Assembly: GCA_976226885.1 (NCBI GenBank)
Contig: OZ320313.1
Span: 28,830,001 to 28,894,000, forward strand
Direction of reading: 5' to 3'
DNA length: 64,000 bases
Origin: Iphione sp. A-MEVVRFRX5
Taxonomy: Eukaryota
The notes under the pieces are model-generated. The model searched no databases. It saw only the letters and a program-made list of their open reading frames with translations, and was not told the origin of the DNA. Positions 62,254 to 64,000 of the stretch are shown here, in pieces (positions within the stretch are counted from its first letter, which is position 1; every line of letters starts with the position of its first letter). A program made the translations under genes and the position numbers.

Positions 62254-64000
62254 ACACGGCTATAAATGTTTGCTTATAATTATATTATATATCAACTTCA
62301 TGGGTAACTATCATACTGCTTGATAAATAGGAATTTTAAATCATTTCAGGAACAAATAAAACAATATCATAATAGAATATGCACATAAGCAGTTCGCAAG
62401 TAACATGACGGTAAAGTCCTTATCTGATAAACTGCATGTCACTGTACTTAGGTTAGACAATAGGTATGGATAAAAACAGGGAACATATACTAAAGCAAAC
62501 AGGCAAAACAATTAACAATGCACATTAAGTAAAGTTAAACACGTTTTAACAAACTGTGTTATACGTGAAACTCAAAATGCAACACCTGACAATCAGACCT
62601 ATCACAGGTGATCATTAAGACATGGAATGTTAGACACCAGCTTTCATGTTCAACATCATACACTGGCTCTGAAAAGGGTGATACTCTAGAAACAACATTT
62701 GATTGTGATAATTCAAAAAATACTTGGATTTTTAAAGATCATATAGATATTTAATTTTAAGGATACTTTACATCTACAGGGTTGTAACTAATTAGTTTTT
62801 TTTCAATAAACTATGAGATTAAACATATACAGTAGTAAGCCTAATTCACTTTTTCTTTAAACCGTATTGATCACAAGACAGTGATACAAACCCAGTACAC
62901 TAATATTATCCATGAAGTATTGAATTTTTGTAAGGTATACTGTAGGATAACCAAAGCAATAAACATCTATTCAGATAAAACTGGAAATTGTCACGTAATT
63001 TTAAGTCTATGGGTGTATTCCTGAAAATACTACAAAACATATTTACACAGAGCTGTCAATATTTTTCACCACATAAGAGATTACCTAAATTTTAATTTAT
63101 AATCTGTAGGTTTCTAGAGTAGCGATCAAAGTTCACTACAGAACACTGTTAGTATCATCAAATATACTGTTACTACTCTTCTGAGATTGATTTATCTTCC
63201 TAGTCAGTTATAGTGGATTAGCATTACTTCACTGAAGGTGATGTGAGGTATTAACTTTTTAGTGAGCATCCCAGCTTATGCTTCCATGATCTGGCCACTA
63301 AAAATTAACTTTATTAAGGTTTTACGGTACAGATGACCTTGGGATTTTTGTCATATCCCAATGCATTCTACAGCAACCCATTTCATTAAAACCACTTATT
63401 TCGGTTTTCCTTATCAAAATATACAACATAGCTGACCTATCTTACAGGAAACAGACTGATGTAACAAAAGGCAGAAAATATTCCGTTGTAGCAGTATGAC
63501 TGACAGTTCAGCAATGGATCAATTCATCATTCACAACCATAACTATATGAGGACACACTGACGTATGTATTTAATCGGAATTAGCAGCTGAAATAGCGAT
63601 AGATTTATGTATAAAGCGTAAGTCTAGAGACATTGGAATTGTGATAAAACTACCGTGAAGCTGCTCTATTGCAGCCATACACCTGCTGTGGGATACAAGG
63701 GAAGTTGCTGGTTTCTGAGGTTACTAATGGTAAGAGTGACGGAAAACCTTACTATAGACAATCACGGCAAACTGTTCACTAATACTGGCATGAACCACCA
63801 AGGGCGCCTTGGTTCACAATCCCATCTATAACTGTAAAGCACTCATTAGTTTTGATGGGATTTAACATTTGTCACAATTTAGAGCTCTCGGCGCAACACT
63901 GACAGCTAAACCTGTAACTCACTGTAATGGAATGCAAGATTAACATTCCCTGATTCTGTCTTGCCAAGACAACAAATGACCAGATATATACACGTAAGTA

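Overview
Animal (metazoan, probably invertebrate) genomic DNA with spliceosomal introns, microsatellites, two N gaps and decayed transposons. There are no prokaryotic features, rRNA, intact tRNA or CRISPR. One intact protein-coding gene spans most of the window on the + strand. Its four coding exons are 17735-17837, 51859-52341, 54686-55282 and 56000-56340. All three introns are GT-AG phase 1 and join into an uninterrupted 507-aa ORF. The product is a type I membrane protein: signal peptide, one Ig-like domain, a Notch negative regulatory region (two LNR repeats plus NOD/HD-N and NODP/HD-C with an S2-like A|V site), a ~55-aa stalk, a TM helix and a 35-aa tail ending in a class I PDZ motif (TDV). 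It has no EGF, RAM, ankyrin or PEST sequence. It resembles a natural 'synNotch-like' receptor, with an Ig sensor grafted onto the Notch mechanosensitive protease switch, and is the main candidate for an undescribed system. Novelty cannot be confirmed without database searches. The rest of the window holds a Tigger/pogo transposon interrupted by CR1/L2-type LINE fragments, a related MITE with internal tandem arrays, a second TIR family (two copies), a tRNA-derived SINE, minisatellites and candidate regulatory elements in a 34-kb first intron.
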